54,624 nt of DNA from an uncultured virus (IMG/VR IMGVR_UViG_3300007633_000001). Its lineage: Duplodnaviria; Heunggongvirae; Uroviricota; Caudoviricetes. Within the stretch, counting starts at the first letter, position 1. The number at the start of each line of letters is the position of its first letter. Made by a program: the position numbers and the translations under genes. The notes under the pieces were generated by a model. That model searched no databases, was not told where the DNA came from, and saw only the letters and a list, made by a program, of their open reading frames with translations. The stretch lies in IMG/VR virus record IMGVR_UViG_3300007633_000001. One strand, given 5' to 3'. Below are positions 10,304 to 20,319 of this stretch, piece after piece.

Positions 10304-11182
10304 ATGCAACAAACTTTTGATCCATTAGCTTTTTCAACTAGATTAACACAGTTGAAAAAGGTATTACTACAAGCAAGAACTAATAATTCATTAAACTCAA
10401 GAGTAGAATTAACTCTGAATAGTATTTCATTTATTGAACAGATTACGTTAAACCAAAATACCCAACTCAGCCTATTCATTGACAGGTGTATACACGATAT
10501 TTATCCCATATTAGATTCATTATCTAACCTTCAACAAGATGGTGAGGATTATGATGATGGCGAGGATTGTGATACTCAACAAGATGGTGAAGATTATGAT
10601 GTTAAACAAGAATTATATAGATTAGAAAATAAACTAAAAGACTTAAGTTTAACTGCTGTTAATAGCTATAGTAAAGGACATAAGATTGTAAATCATATAG
10701 AAGGTTTAGCTAAAGCTTTATATGACTTATATGAACCTAAGGTTAGACAGTACAAACAAAGTAAAAGAGATTTCAACAATAATAGCTCTAATAGTAGAAG
10801 TGGTTTTATTAGTTCTTTATTGGAAGACACAGATAATAACGATAGTTCTAAGGATAGTAAGTATAGTCCTTTTTCTAGTAGACCAAGAGGAGACTCAGAG
10901 CTATGGACTGAAATTAGTGGGATGAATGATTTCAGAAAGCGAATGAACCAAATGTTTATTGAAGCTATTTGTAAAGAATTAGAATCATTACATTCTTTAC
11001 CTCCTACTTTCGCTTATGGGGTTTTATACAATTATTGTATGAATGAAGCAATATTGAATACAAGTACAAATAATAATCCGTTTATAAAGATTGTTTCTAT
11101 GAATGAGATCTTAGAGACAAAAGAAAGTGATGTTTATAGTGTTGCTAGAGTAATAGCCTCAGCAATAATAATAAATAGTTAA
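10304..11182 (+). CDS. Hypothetical protein with internal acidic repeat
   Basis: 292-aa ORF containing QQDGEDYD twice. Confidence 0.6.
   Translation: MQQTFDPLAFSTRLTQLKKVLLQARTNNSLNSRVELTLNSISFIEQITLNQNTQLSLFIDRCIHDIYPILDSLSNLQQDGEDYDDGEDCDTQQDGEDYDVKQELYRLENKLKDLSLTAVNSYSKGHKIVNHIEGLAKALYDLYEPKVRQYKQSKRDFNNNSSNSRSGFISSLLEDTDNNDSSKDSKYSPFSSRPRGDSELWTEISGMNDFRKRMNQMFIEAICKELESLHSLPPTFAYGVLYNYCMNEAILNTSTNNNPFIKIVSMNEILETKESDVYSVARVIASAIIINS
10531..10601 (+). repeat. In-frame tandem duplication (45-bp period)
   Basis: tcaacaagatggtgaRgattatgatg at 10531 and 10576. Confidence 0.8.
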
Positions 11183-11271
11183 CATATGTATGTGACTTAT
11201 TTATTACCATTTAGTTCTTTATATTGATTTATATTGATTTATAGCATTAGTATAATTAAGAACTAAGAGTA

Positions 11272-12309
11272 ATGGTAACTACAAGTCAAATATGTATAGA
11301 CACTTCAGTTTATAAAGATAGAAGTGCATTATATAAAATTGGTACACTTCTATCTAATTATTTGAAGACACAAGGCGAAGATTATATATTAATTTCTTAT
11401 AAAAAGAGGCAGGACAAGTTAAGCATTGATAATGATGAATTATTAAATCAAGAAAATGATATTGAGTTATTTAATAATGAAGAAATAGCCAATCAGCTAA
11501 GTTTCTTTTTAAATAATTTAAATAGTAAACATTTATTGGTACAAGATGAATCAAAATTGTTATTATCTATACCACCAAATAGTTTAAGTTATTTATCTAA
11601 TATCCTAACTAGTAACAGAGTTTCTTTCTTTGGTGGTGATAATACCTTTGGTTATATGCAAGAGTTATTAGAATCTATTTCTAATCTTCAATATGACAAA
11701 CTATTATTAGTTAATGAAAAAGGACTAATTACTCCTTGGCTATCTAGCTTGCTGGAGTATATATGTATAAGCAATGATTTAACTGATACTATACCTAATC
11801 AAATTCTTTTGTCTTCCAATATTGAAAGTATCAGAAATAAGTTAGTGTTCTTTAATTCTTTATCATTACCTATTTTTGAGAAGGTATTTTATATAGATCC
11901 TACTTCTATAAATAACTTTAGTAATAATTTAGGTAAAGAAGAGAATCTAGAATCTATTTATTATCATTTGTTATCAGAAGGTAAAGATATAAGTTCTAAA
12001 TTATTAGAGTCAGGGCATAAGGGAGGAGTAACACCAAATCCTTTAATTCCACCATTTAGTATTAAAGAAGATTTAACTCAATTAGAATTTTTATTAGGTT
12101 ACTTACTGAGTAATTTGCTAATTGACAGATTTACTACTAAGTTAGCCTTGATTGGTGATAAGATGGCTAATGACAATCTATTAAATAGGAAAATAGGAGT
12201 TTGGTTTACTATAGTTTCTTTTATGATTTATTTAGACGACCGATTTAATAGTATACCAGAAGAGACTGGGGTATATGGAGATTATACAGATGGATTTTAC
12301 GTTATATAA
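11272..12309 (+). CDS. Hypothetical protein (faint resemblance to Pol III delta/HolA)
   Basis: 345-aa ORF. Size and the YLKTQGEDYILI segment loosely recall HolA; unverified. Confidence 0.4.
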   Translation: MVTTSQICIDTSVYKDRSALYKIGTLLSNYLKTQGEDYILISYKKRQDKLSIDNDELLNQENDIELFNNEEIANQLSFFLNNLNSKHLLVQDESKLLLSIPPNSLSYLSNILTSNRVSFFGGDNTFGYMQELLESISNLQYDKLLLVNEKGLITPWLSSLLEYICISNDLTDTIPNQILLSSNIESIRNKLVFFNSLSLPIFEKVFYIDPTSINNFSNNLGKEENLESIYYHLLSEGKDISSKLLESGHKGGVTPNPLIPPFSIKEDLTQLEFLLGYLLSNLLIDRFTTKLALIGDKMANDNLLNRKIGVWFTIVSFMIYLDDRFNSIPEETGVYGDYTDGFYVI

Positions 12310-12344
12310 TTAAATTTTATTATAAGGTAATGTATTAAAGAAAT

Positions 12345-13073
12345 ATGAAAAAGGTATACATAAAATTTAAGACCAAATATTACAATTTAGTCAATGATGA
12401 GATTAATGAAATAGAGGGATTTATACTATCTAGAAATAATATAGAATCAAAGAATTTATCAGAGAAATGGTTATGGCCTAAAGATAAAGCCGATAAGTTT
12501 GTTATTTCTAGTAATAGATTGGATTCTTATTTTTCTTACTTCATTGAAGAAGATTTATTAAAAGGTCCAATCGATCCATTTCCTAAAGGGGTTCATGCTA
12601 GACAACAGAAGTGGGAAGTAAATCAAAGTAACTATAAGAAACACTTTAATTTCGTATACTCATCAATTGCCGATGATTCTAACTTAGATTGGCAATTGTT
12701 CATCCCGAAATATTCTTATGAAGAAATAAAAAGTTTAGATAAGTCTATAATTAAAGATCTGTACAAACTCCCTAAGTTAAGATTAAGAATTTATCTTAAT
12801 GATGAGACTAAAGGAATGGATATGACACAAGTAGAAAAGAAGAATCTTGATCTTACTTTAAAGCAATTATTTAAATTAAAAGAATTATTAAATATACCTG
12901 TTTACATGGTAATACCCTTTAATATAAGATTAATAGATAACTATGATCCAGACCTACTGCCTTATATTAAAGACTCTTTAAATATAAATATAGATTTAGA
13001 TAAATACAAGTATTTCATTGAAAGTCGATTGGATAAGGAAATTGAATTAAATTCAATAATCCCTGGAAGCTAA
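12345..13073 (+). CDS. Hypothetical protein
   Basis: 242-aa ORF. Confidence 0.55.
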   Translation: MKKVYIKFKTKYYNLVNDEINEIEGFILSRNNIESKNLSEKWLWPKDKADKFVISSNRLDSYFSYFIEEDLLKGPIDPFPKGVHARQQKWEVNQSNYKKHFNFVYSSIADDSNLDWQLFIPKYSYEEIKSLDKSIIKDLYKLPKLRLRIYLNDETKGMDMTQVEKKNLDLTLKQLFKLKELLNIPVYMVIPFNIRLIDNYDPDLLPYIKDSLNINIDLDKYKYFIESRLDKEIELNSIIPGS

Positions 13074-13191
13074 TAATTGACTTATTAGACTATTATATAA
13101 ATATGCATATATATTTTCTTACACTTATTTGTTTTTATATTGATATTAATTATGACGAACAAAAATATATTAACTAAAAGTAGTACTGGTA

Positions 13192-13551
13192 ATGAAATTA
13201 TACGTAGATTTTCTTGATAAGCAATTATTAATAAAAGCAGAGGATAGACATATCCTAAAACAAGAGTGTGCTTATAGTCATGCAAAAGCGTGTTTTGGTA
13301 ATATGTTTGTAAATGCTTATTCAGGGACAGGAGACAATGAAGATTTAATAATAAAAAGGTATCCACATATTAATGATGTAGAGACTTTTGCTAATGGGCT
13401 AGAATTAATTTGTGATTATTTCTCCCTGTCAGGTAAAAAGATATTAAGATTAGTTTATATTAGAGACAATGAAGAATATGCTGTAGTTAAAGAGTTCAAT
13501 GCTGCTATTAGTAGAATTGGCTATCAGAATCACAATAAAAACTATAAATAA
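13192..13551 (+). CDS. Hypothetical protein
   Basis: 119-aa ORF, co-oriented with neighbours. Confidence 0.55.
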   Translation: MKLYVDFLDKQLLIKAEDRHILKQECAYSHAKACFGNMFVNAYSGTGDNEDLIIKRYPHINDVETFANGLELICDYFSLSGKKILRLVYIRDNEEYAVVKEFNAAISRIGYQNHNKNYK

Positions 13552-13647
13552 TAACTTATAATTATTACCTTTAAGCTATCCTCTTCTATCATTGTTTTAT
13601 TTTAACTAATTAGGAATTAAATATATTATTCTATTTATCTTATATAT

Positions 13648-14136
13648 ATGTCTAACACCTATAGTTCTAACGATTTTATTTATAATATTGACACTAACAT
13701 TTTAGATACTTTTGACTTAGGAGAGGATAGTTTAATAGGTGATAGTGAAATATCTCTTCAACAATTATTAAAATTAAGTAACAATTCTTACCCTATATCG
13801 TCTGTAATATTAGGACTAGAACAGGAGTTTAATAAGTACATAACGTTAGAAGAATTTATAATAGAGTACTTACCTTTTCCAAGGAGGCAAGTAAAAGAAA
13901 TTGTTTTATTTATAGATGAGCCTTACACTTTATTAGTTAGAGATATTTTCTGTGAGAGAGACATTTTATACTTGGATATAGTAGAAAATATTAATGTATG
14001 TAAGATAGATCAAACAGGTAATTTACAGAAGATAGGTAGTTTACCTTTAGGTCTTCAAGAATATCCTGTTAATAAAATAAAGTGGTTAAGGGTGCCTAAC
14101 AATTATCTATGGGAATATCTATCACTTGGAATGTAG
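13648..14136 (+). CDS. Hypothetical protein
   Basis: 162-aa ORF. Confidence 0.55.
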   Translation: MSNTYSSNDFIYNIDTNILDTFDLGEDSLIGDSEISLQQLLKLSNNSYPISSVILGLEQEFNKYITLEEFIIEYLPFPRRQVKEIVLFIDEPYTLLVRDIFCERDILYLDIVENINVCKIDQTGNLQKIGSLPLGLQEYPVNKIKWLRVPNNYLWEYLSLGM

Positions 14137-14567
14137 CCATAACTTCCTCTCAAAGAGAATAGAGTATTAATTCCTGTATGCATTTGATTCTCTAAAGATA
14201 AAAATAATTTCTCAGCTTGGGGGATTAAATCTTTATCTATACTGGGTAGATTTCTAAGTTGATAAACATAGACCCATTTATTTCCAGGTAAACAGTTATT
14301 GCTATTTACAATGCAACCAACTGTTCTAATTTCATGCATCTTCCTAGCATCCACATTAAATTTAAATACTATTTCTCCTTCTTTTATATTTTCAGGAGTT
14401 ATACAGTTGACATTAAAGATCCGATTGCAAGTAGATAAAGAATTTATATCATGACTTGATATATCGTCTTTCAGGAATTCCCAAATATACTTACTATTTT
14501 TATTGGATAAATCTTTAACTAAGATTTGTCCATTCTTGTTAAAAGGTAATAATATTGCTGACTTCAT
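14103..14567 (-). CDS. Degenerate Nudix (MutT)-fold protein
   Basis: AILLPFNKNGQILV...WEF start and KWV..QL..LP end resemble MutT, but the GX5EX7REUXEEXGU box is absent. Confidence 0.45.
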   Translation of the reverse strand: MKSAILLPFNKNGQILVKDLSNKNSKYIWEFLKDDISSHDINSLSTCNRIFNVNCITPENIKEGEIVFKFNVDARKMHEIRTVGCIVNSNNCLPGNKWVYVYQLRNLPSIDKDLIPQAEKLFLSLENQMHTGINTLFSLRGSYGYIPSDRYSHR

Positions 14568-14743
14568 TTATTTAATTCGTTATAGTTGTAACGGAACTGT
14601 CTACTTAGCCATAAAGTGTATATACCTATTTTATATCTTAGAACATTATATTTTCATGAATCTTAAATATTGTTAGAATATAAAAACTGAATATTTAAAA
14701 TACACAAAATTATAATCTTCAAAATAAGATATAGAAAGTAGAT

Positions 14744-15796
14744 ATGTATGACAATGATATTACTCAATATATAAAGTCTATTAGCAAATACAAGTTATTA
14801 ACTAGTAAAGAAGAAATAGAATTGAACAGATTGGTTAAAACCTATTTAGTTCTTAATGAAGCTAAAAAAGATTTTATAGAGAAGAATAATAGAGAACCAT
14901 CTAATAAAGAATGGTTGAACAATGTAGATTATAATGAAAAATCAAAAGATATTCCCGATGAATTAAATGAAGAGAATATTAATGATTTTTTTAAGAAAGG
15001 GTTTTTAGCTAGAGAAAAGATGATCAATTGTAATTTGAGATTCGTAGTTTTTATAGCTAAGAAATATAAAGCACAGAGTCAAGGCAAATCTCTATCTACA
15101 TTAGATTTAATACAAGATGGTTCTATTGGATTAACTAAAGCCGTAGAAAGATTTGAGAGTGATAGAGGTAACAAATTTTCTACTTATGCTTATTGGTGGA
15201 TTAAACAAGCTATAACTAGATCTATATCTATGAATAGTAGAACTATAAGATTACCTTTACATATTCATGAACAATTAAAAGTATTAAAAAAAGCTCGTAA
15301 AGAATTAACTAATCAGTTCAAAAGAAATCCTACTTACAGAGAATTAGCTGACTATATCGATGAGGAAGACTTTACAGTTAGGAAGATTAGGCAGTTAGAG
15401 ATGAGAACTCAAAGACCTAGATCTTTAGAATGTCCTATCAGTACTGATACTGAAACTAATCAGACTTTACTACTAGATTTAATTGACTCTCAGCCAGAAG
15501 AGTCTTTAACACAAGCAGAAAGGGAATTGACTAATAGTTTATTAAGAGATGATTTAGAGAAAGCTTTAGATAAAATAATAGAATTATTTCCTGACACCCC
15601 TTCTTTAGTGAAAGATGTAATTATATTACGATATGGTTTAGATGGGGCAGCACCTCAAGGAAGAACGTTAGAGGAAGTATCTAAAGTACTTGATATATCT
15701 CGCACTGAAGCTCGTTCTTATGAATCAAGAGGACTGAGATTACTTAAGAGTACAGTCATAAATAAAGATTTAATTGACTATGTTACAGTAGATTAA
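14744..15796 (+). CDS. RpoD/SigA-family RNA polymerase sigma factor
   Basis: NLRFVVFIAKKY, DLIQDGSIGL..AVERF, KFSTYAYWWIKQAITR, RTIRLPLH and a region 4 HTH. The REPSNKEW insert resembles cyanobacterial group 1/2 sigmas. Confidence 0.95.
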   Translation: MYDNDITQYIKSISKYKLLTSKEEIELNRLVKTYLVLNEAKKDFIEKNNREPSNKEWLNNVDYNEKSKDIPDELNEENINDFFKKGFLAREKMINCNLRFVVFIAKKYKAQSQGKSLSTLDLIQDGSIGLTKAVERFESDRGNKFSTYAYWWIKQAITRSISMNSRTIRLPLHIHEQLKVLKKARKELTNQFKRNPTYRELADYIDEEDFTVRKIRQLEMRTQRPRSLECPISTDTETNQTLLLDLIDSQPEESLTQAERELTNSLLRDDLEKALDKIIELFPDTPSLVKDVIILRYGLDGAAPQGRTLEEVSKVLDISRTEARSYESRGLRLLKSTVINKDLIDYVTVD

Positions 15797-15813
15797 CTAT
15801 TAAATGGACGTTT

Positions 15814-16626
15814 ATGAGAACATTACTTGTTAGGAACGATAGACTTAAAGAAGACTTTTTAATCGAGTTGTATAAGACTTTTAGTAAATTGAGTATATAT
15901 AATGATGAATATGGAAAGGTTTTATTAAATAGTCCAATTAGATTAGATATTGAATCTAACAGTGTTTGTCTTTATACTCCTAACAATTTTAAAGGTAATC
16001 TTGATTATATTAAAGCTATAGAATGGTCTATAGTTAAAGAGGATTATTTAGTAAAGAATATATCAGTATTAAATAATCAAATTAAGAGATTGACTTCTTC
16101 TATAGCTTCTATAAGAAAAGATGTTATAAAAGAAATTAAAGGTGATTTTAGAATAGTAATACATTTAGAAGAAAGAGTAGTTAAAGCTGGTACTACTGGG
16201 TCTTCTACTACTAAATATTTATGTTCACTTCAGAATAAAGGCTGTACATATAGATACATTCAGTTAAGGAAAGATAATGAATTTATAGTAGATAAGCATG
16301 AGATAAACAATATAAAGGCTAGATTTGTTAATAAAGTAAAGTTTATATTAGCAAGGTTGATTGTTAATCATAAACTTAATGGTAGGTGTACAATAGATTT
16401 AACTTTTCAATCAATACACATTACTTCGACACTTATTGATATCACTTATGTTATCAAGGTAAGTAGTTCTAACAATAAAGTTTCGACTTATTATTGGATA
16501 GAAGACAGTTTAAGTAGTCTTGAAAATATAATAAAAGATTTAAGTGGAATAGTGATGAATATAAAAGAAGAGCCTCTAACAATTTCTGTAGATTTACAAT
16601 CAGCTTCTGATTTATTATTCATCTAA
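15814..16626 (+). CDS. Hypothetical protein
   Basis: 270-aa ORF, probably co-transcribed with the sigma factor. Confidence 0.55.
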   Translation: MRTLLVRNDRLKEDFLIELYKTFSKLSIYNDEYGKVLLNSPIRLDIESNSVCLYTPNNFKGNLDYIKAIEWSIVKEDYLVKNISVLNNQIKRLTSSIASIRKDVIKEIKGDFRIVIHLEERVVKAGTTGSSTTKYLCSLQNKGCTYRYIQLRKDNEFIVDKHEINNIKARFVNKVKFILARLIVNHKLNGRCTIDLTFQSIHITSTLIDITYVIKVSSSNNKVSTYYWIEDSLSSLENIIKDLSGIVMNIKEEPLTISVDLQSASDLLFI

Positions 16627-16632
16627 TAGCAA

Positions 16633-16899
16633 TTACTTTTTCTTATCTACTTCTCTAGCTTTCTTTAAAGCTTCTTTAACCCTTTTATCACTTGCGTACC
16701 GGCTATTACTAACATGTCTCAATACTCTAGAGGCTGATACTCTATTAGAATTATGTCTTAATTTAATAGCTGAAAGTGCCGATCTTACATCAAACACAGG
16801 ATAAGCGTAATCTCCATTAACTTTTATACCATATTCTCTCTTGGCATCAGCTGAAGGTTGACCGCTATCAGTTCTATAAGAACTTCTTCTATATTCCAT
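16633..16899 (-). CDS. Small basic protein (DUF6582-like motif)
   Basis: YPVFDVRSALSAIKL resembles the YPxxDxxHxRxA motif of phage proteins; highly basic. Confidence 0.45.
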   Translation of the reverse strand: MEYRRSSYRTDSGQPSADAKREYGIKVNGDYAYPVFDVRSALSAIKLRHNSNRVSASRVLRHVSNSRYASDKRVKEALKKAREVDKKK

Positions 16900-17063
16900 A
16901 AGTCTTTATAAGAATTAGTTAATTATTATTGAATATTTTATTAACTTCATCATTAGTTTTTTTATTCAAGTAAAATATATAAATTTTTATATACAGATAT
17001 TGATTAATAAAAGTATTATAAATAGATGAATCATTCGATATAAAGTAGAACTAATTAATTTTT

Positions 17064-17429
17064 ATGAACGATAAAACCCTATCAAGAGATACACTAAAGA
17101 CCTTAAAAGCTATTAGAGATTTTGTATTAGTAAAGATAAATCCTGAAGTTGGGGTAAGTGATTCTAAGCTATTATATTTACCTTCAGATGCACCCACTGC
17201 TCAAGCTACAGGAGAAGTAATTAATGCAGGTCCTGGTTGGTATCAAGGAGGTACTTTTATATCTATGCCAGATGAAATTAGAGCAGGGGCTAAAGTGATC
17301 TTTAATGAATTTGGAGGAGATCCTATATTAGAACAAAAAGAAAAGGAACATATTGAAGGTAAAGGGGAGACAACCATATACTATAAGCTAATGCCTTTAT
17401 CAAATATTCATGCAGTGTTTAGTTCATAG
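17064..17429 (+). CDS. groES: Co-chaperonin GroES
   Basis: LKAIRDFVLVK, GEVINAGPG, GAKVIFNEFGG and NIHAVF; directly upstream of groEL. Confidence 0.9.
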   Translation: MNDKTLSRDTLKTLKAIRDFVLVKINPEVGVSDSKLLYLPSDAPTAQATGEVINAGPGWYQGGTFISMPDEIRAGAKVIFNEFGGDPILEQKEKEHIEGKGETTIYYKLMPLSNIHAVFSS

Positions 17430-17503
17430 ATTAATATGGTCTAACAGTAGGAAAATTATTGATTTACATTATTAATAATTTTAATGAATAACTAAATAAG
17501 AAT

Positions 17504-19144
17504 ATGACAAAGGAGAATGAAATAGATAAGGTATTCTTTGATAAAGAGGCTAGAGAAGTATTTTTAAAAGGATTAGAGTTTTGTGAAAAGACAATAAAAC
17601 ATACTTTGGGTCCTAGTAATTGTGCAAGGGTAACAGCTTTTAATCTATATGAAGAGACGAAGATATTTGATGATGGAGCTGATATTATTAGTCATCTAAA
17701 TTTGTCTGATGATGAATTGAAGATAGGCATTAATCTTATAAAGTCTACTATTACTAAACTTAATGACAGAATAGGAGACGCTAGCACTAGTAGTTGTCTA
17801 TTAGCTGTAGAAACTCTTAGAACCTGTTTAAAAGCTATAAATGAAGGTTATAGTCTTTCTTTATTAAAGGAAGGTTTGAGAGAGGCTCTTAAGGTTTGTA
17901 ATGAACATATAGATAGAAATAAAAGAGATATAACTTTAGAGGACGTATACAATTTAGTTTTGGTTTCTTCTAATAGAGAAGATATAGCGAGATTGGTCTT
18001 TAATGGTTATAGTCAAATAGGTCTTAAGGATGGATTTGTACATATCAAAAGAGGTAATGGACTAAATACCATAATTGATGTTAAAGAAGGATTTCAAGCA
18101 GATGTAGGTTATTTATCCCCCTACTTTTGTAATGAGAGAGATACCTTAAGAGTTAATTATATAAATCCTCTAGTACTTGTATCGAAAGATAGTTTTACTT
18201 CAAATGATATTTTAGTTTCTATATTAGAACATTGCGTTAAAGATAATAAACCGTTAGTAATATTTGGAACAAACTTTAGTGAAGATATTATTAGTACTGT
18301 AGCTGTTAACAACGTAAAGAATGTAGTTAACTGTTGTTTAGTTAAGGTCTCTTCAAGTTCAAATATAGATTTATTAGAGGATATAGCTATAGTCACTGCT
18401 AGTAAACTAATTAGTCAGGAAAAAGGGACTTCAATAAACAATCGGGTCAGTGAAGAAACTTTTTATAGTTATGTAGGTACATCTAGCAGTATAAAGATCG
18501 ATAATAAATCGACCTCTATCGTTTGTGATGAAAGAGGTAATGTACCTATTATGAAACAAATAGCTAAACTTCAAACTCTTTTAGAGAAAGCAGTCAAAGA
18601 GAATAATATCTATAAACAAGGTTTGTTAAGTAATAGGTTGTCAGCATTAAAAGGTAAAGTAGCAGAAATATCTGTATGTGCACCAACTGAAACTGAGACA
18701 GATTATTTAATTAATAAATTAGAGGACTCTATAAACTCTCTTGATAAATCAATTGAAGGAGGTGTTATACCTTTGACTAGTTCTTTTACTATTCATTTAT
18801 CCCGTGTGTTAGAAAATGAAAGTAAAGATAATAAGTATGGAGAAGTTTACAACTTATTGGCAGGTTGTTTAAAGAACTGTTTATTAAAAACTATTATTTT
18901 AAATAGAGACGAATCTGAGAATGATAAAGCTAATAAGATCATAGATAAAATCTTTCATTCTAATAATGATAACTACGGCTATGACATTATGGAAAATAGA
19001 TTAATTGATTTAACTGAATTTAAACTTTATGATCCTGCTATAACTCTTAAGAAAGTTTTAGAAACAGTCATATCAATAGTGATCCATAGTATGACTACTA
19101 ATTGCATTTTACTTCTTCAAGAAAATAGAGTTATAGAAATGTAG
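17504..19144 (+). CDS. groEL: Divergent chaperonin GroEL (Cpn60)
   Basis: TLGP, GYLSPYF, LEDIAIVT, EGGVIP and YDPA motifs; 546 aa. GDGTTT is replaced by GDASTS and there is no GGM tail. Confidence 0.9.
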   Translation: MTKENEIDKVFFDKEAREVFLKGLEFCEKTIKHTLGPSNCARVTAFNLYEETKIFDDGADIISHLNLSDDELKIGINLIKSTITKLNDRIGDASTSSCLLAVETLRTCLKAINEGYSLSLLKEGLREALKVCNEHIDRNKRDITLEDVYNLVLVSSNREDIARLVFNGYSQIGLKDGFVHIKRGNGLNTIIDVKEGFQADVGYLSPYFCNERDTLRVNYINPLVLVSKDSFTSNDILVSILEHCVKDNKPLVIFGTNFSEDIISTVAVNNVKNVVNCCLVKVSSSSNIDLLEDIAIVTASKLISQEKGTSINNRVSEETFYSYVGTSSSIKIDNKSTSIVCDERGNVPIMKQIAKLQTLLEKAVKENNIYKQGLLSNRLSALKGKVAEISVCAPTETETDYLINKLEDSINSLDKSIEGGVIPLTSSFTIHLSRVLENESKDNKYGEVYNLLAGCLKNCLLKTIILNRDESENDKANKIIDKIFHSNNDNYGYDIMENRLIDLTEFKLYDPAITLKKVLETVISIVIHSMTTNCILLLQENRVIEM

Positions 19145-19181
19145 AAAGAATACTATTCAATTATCATAATTTTAGTTTATG

Positions 19182-19211
19182 AATTATCTTCCTTATCAAA
19201 GGAAGATAATT
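19182..19211 (+). terminator. 13-bp perfect hairpin after groEL
   Basis: aattatcttcctt-atca-aaggaagataatt. Confidence 0.7.
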
Positions 19212-19252
19212 GTGTAAATATATTCTTGAATTTAATTATTATCAACTTTTAA

Positions 19253-19588
19253 ATGGGTAAAGTAATTCTTGATAGACAGGAAGAAGTTAATTTAGAGGAA
19301 TTAGGTATCAACAATTTATATTTAAAACTTGACTATGTGGCAAGGAAATATAATATAGGATGTGATAAACCAAATCTTTTACATAAACCAGGGTTTTATA
19401 ATAGACAAGTTAGAGCTTATTTAGATAGAGTTATATTTAACTATGATAAGTTTGAACAAGTACTTTCTAATATATACGTTGATTTAGAGTATGCTTTTGT
19501 CACTAGTGGGAACACTATTAATAGACAAGCACTGAGAGAGTGGAAGGATCTATTAAAACAATACTTATTTTATGATAATGAAGAATAG
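19253..19588 (+). CDS. Hypothetical protein
   Basis: 111-aa ORF. Confidence 0.55.
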   Translation: MGKVILDRQEEVNLEELGINNLYLKLDYVARKYNIGCDKPNLLHKPGFYNRQVRAYLDRVIFNYDKFEQVLSNIYVDLEYAFVTSGNTINRQALREWKDLLKQYLFYDNEE

Positions 19589-19713
19589 TATTTATAATAT
19601 AGTGTCCAACCCTGCCAATTAAGTAAAAGATTATATATTAGGATACTGATTGGATATAGCCATACTCTCATATCTTATTGATTTAATATCACTAATAAAT
19701 TAGGAAAAGGTTA

Positions 19714-20121
19714 ATGACGTATACGAAAGAAACAGTTAATAAAAAAGATTATAGTTCAAAGATTACCGATAGTGCTATTGAGGAATTACTAAATTCGGAT
19801 GGATGGGTTGAAGTGAAGAGTTCTTGGATATCCCGTGTTTTATTTAGATCTTATGAGAGTGATTCTAAAGAAGGTTTATTGTTCATAAAAAACAGATCAA
19901 ATAAAGGTATAGATTATTTAACCATCTATTCTTCAGTAACTGAATCTATTTATAAAGGCTTTTTATTAGCTGATAGTAAGGGTAAGTATTATCACTCCTA
20001 CATAAAGTATAAATACAACAAACTACAGACTATAAAATTAACACCAGAAGAGGATATAAGAAGTTTACCTTCTATAAGGGATCTAAAGTCAGGATATTTT
20101 CCCATTACCACGGCTACATAG
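19714..20121 (+). CDS. KTSC domain protein
   Basis: VEVKSSWISRV...Y..V....Y.GFLLADSKGKYYHSYIKYKY matches the KTSC signature. Confidence 0.8.
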   Translation: MTYTKETVNKKDYSSKITDSAIEELLNSDGWVEVKSSWISRVLFRSYESDSKEGLLFIKNRSNKGIDYLTIYSSVTESIYKGFLLADSKGKYYHSYIKYKYNKLQTIKLTPEEDIRSLPSIRDLKSGYFPITTAT

Positions 20122-20319
20122 TTATTCAGTTAATTCAGTAAGATAAAGTTTGTGGTACTTTTTAGTCACTTAATATAACATTAAAGTAATGATAAAATAA
20201 TAAATTGATCTATAACAATAGACAAAAATCACCATTACTTTGTAGAAATTATTTATTTATATTTTTTTGTATAGGCTATAAATTAAGATTTATTAAAGTC
20301 ACAAGTAGTAATAATCAAT

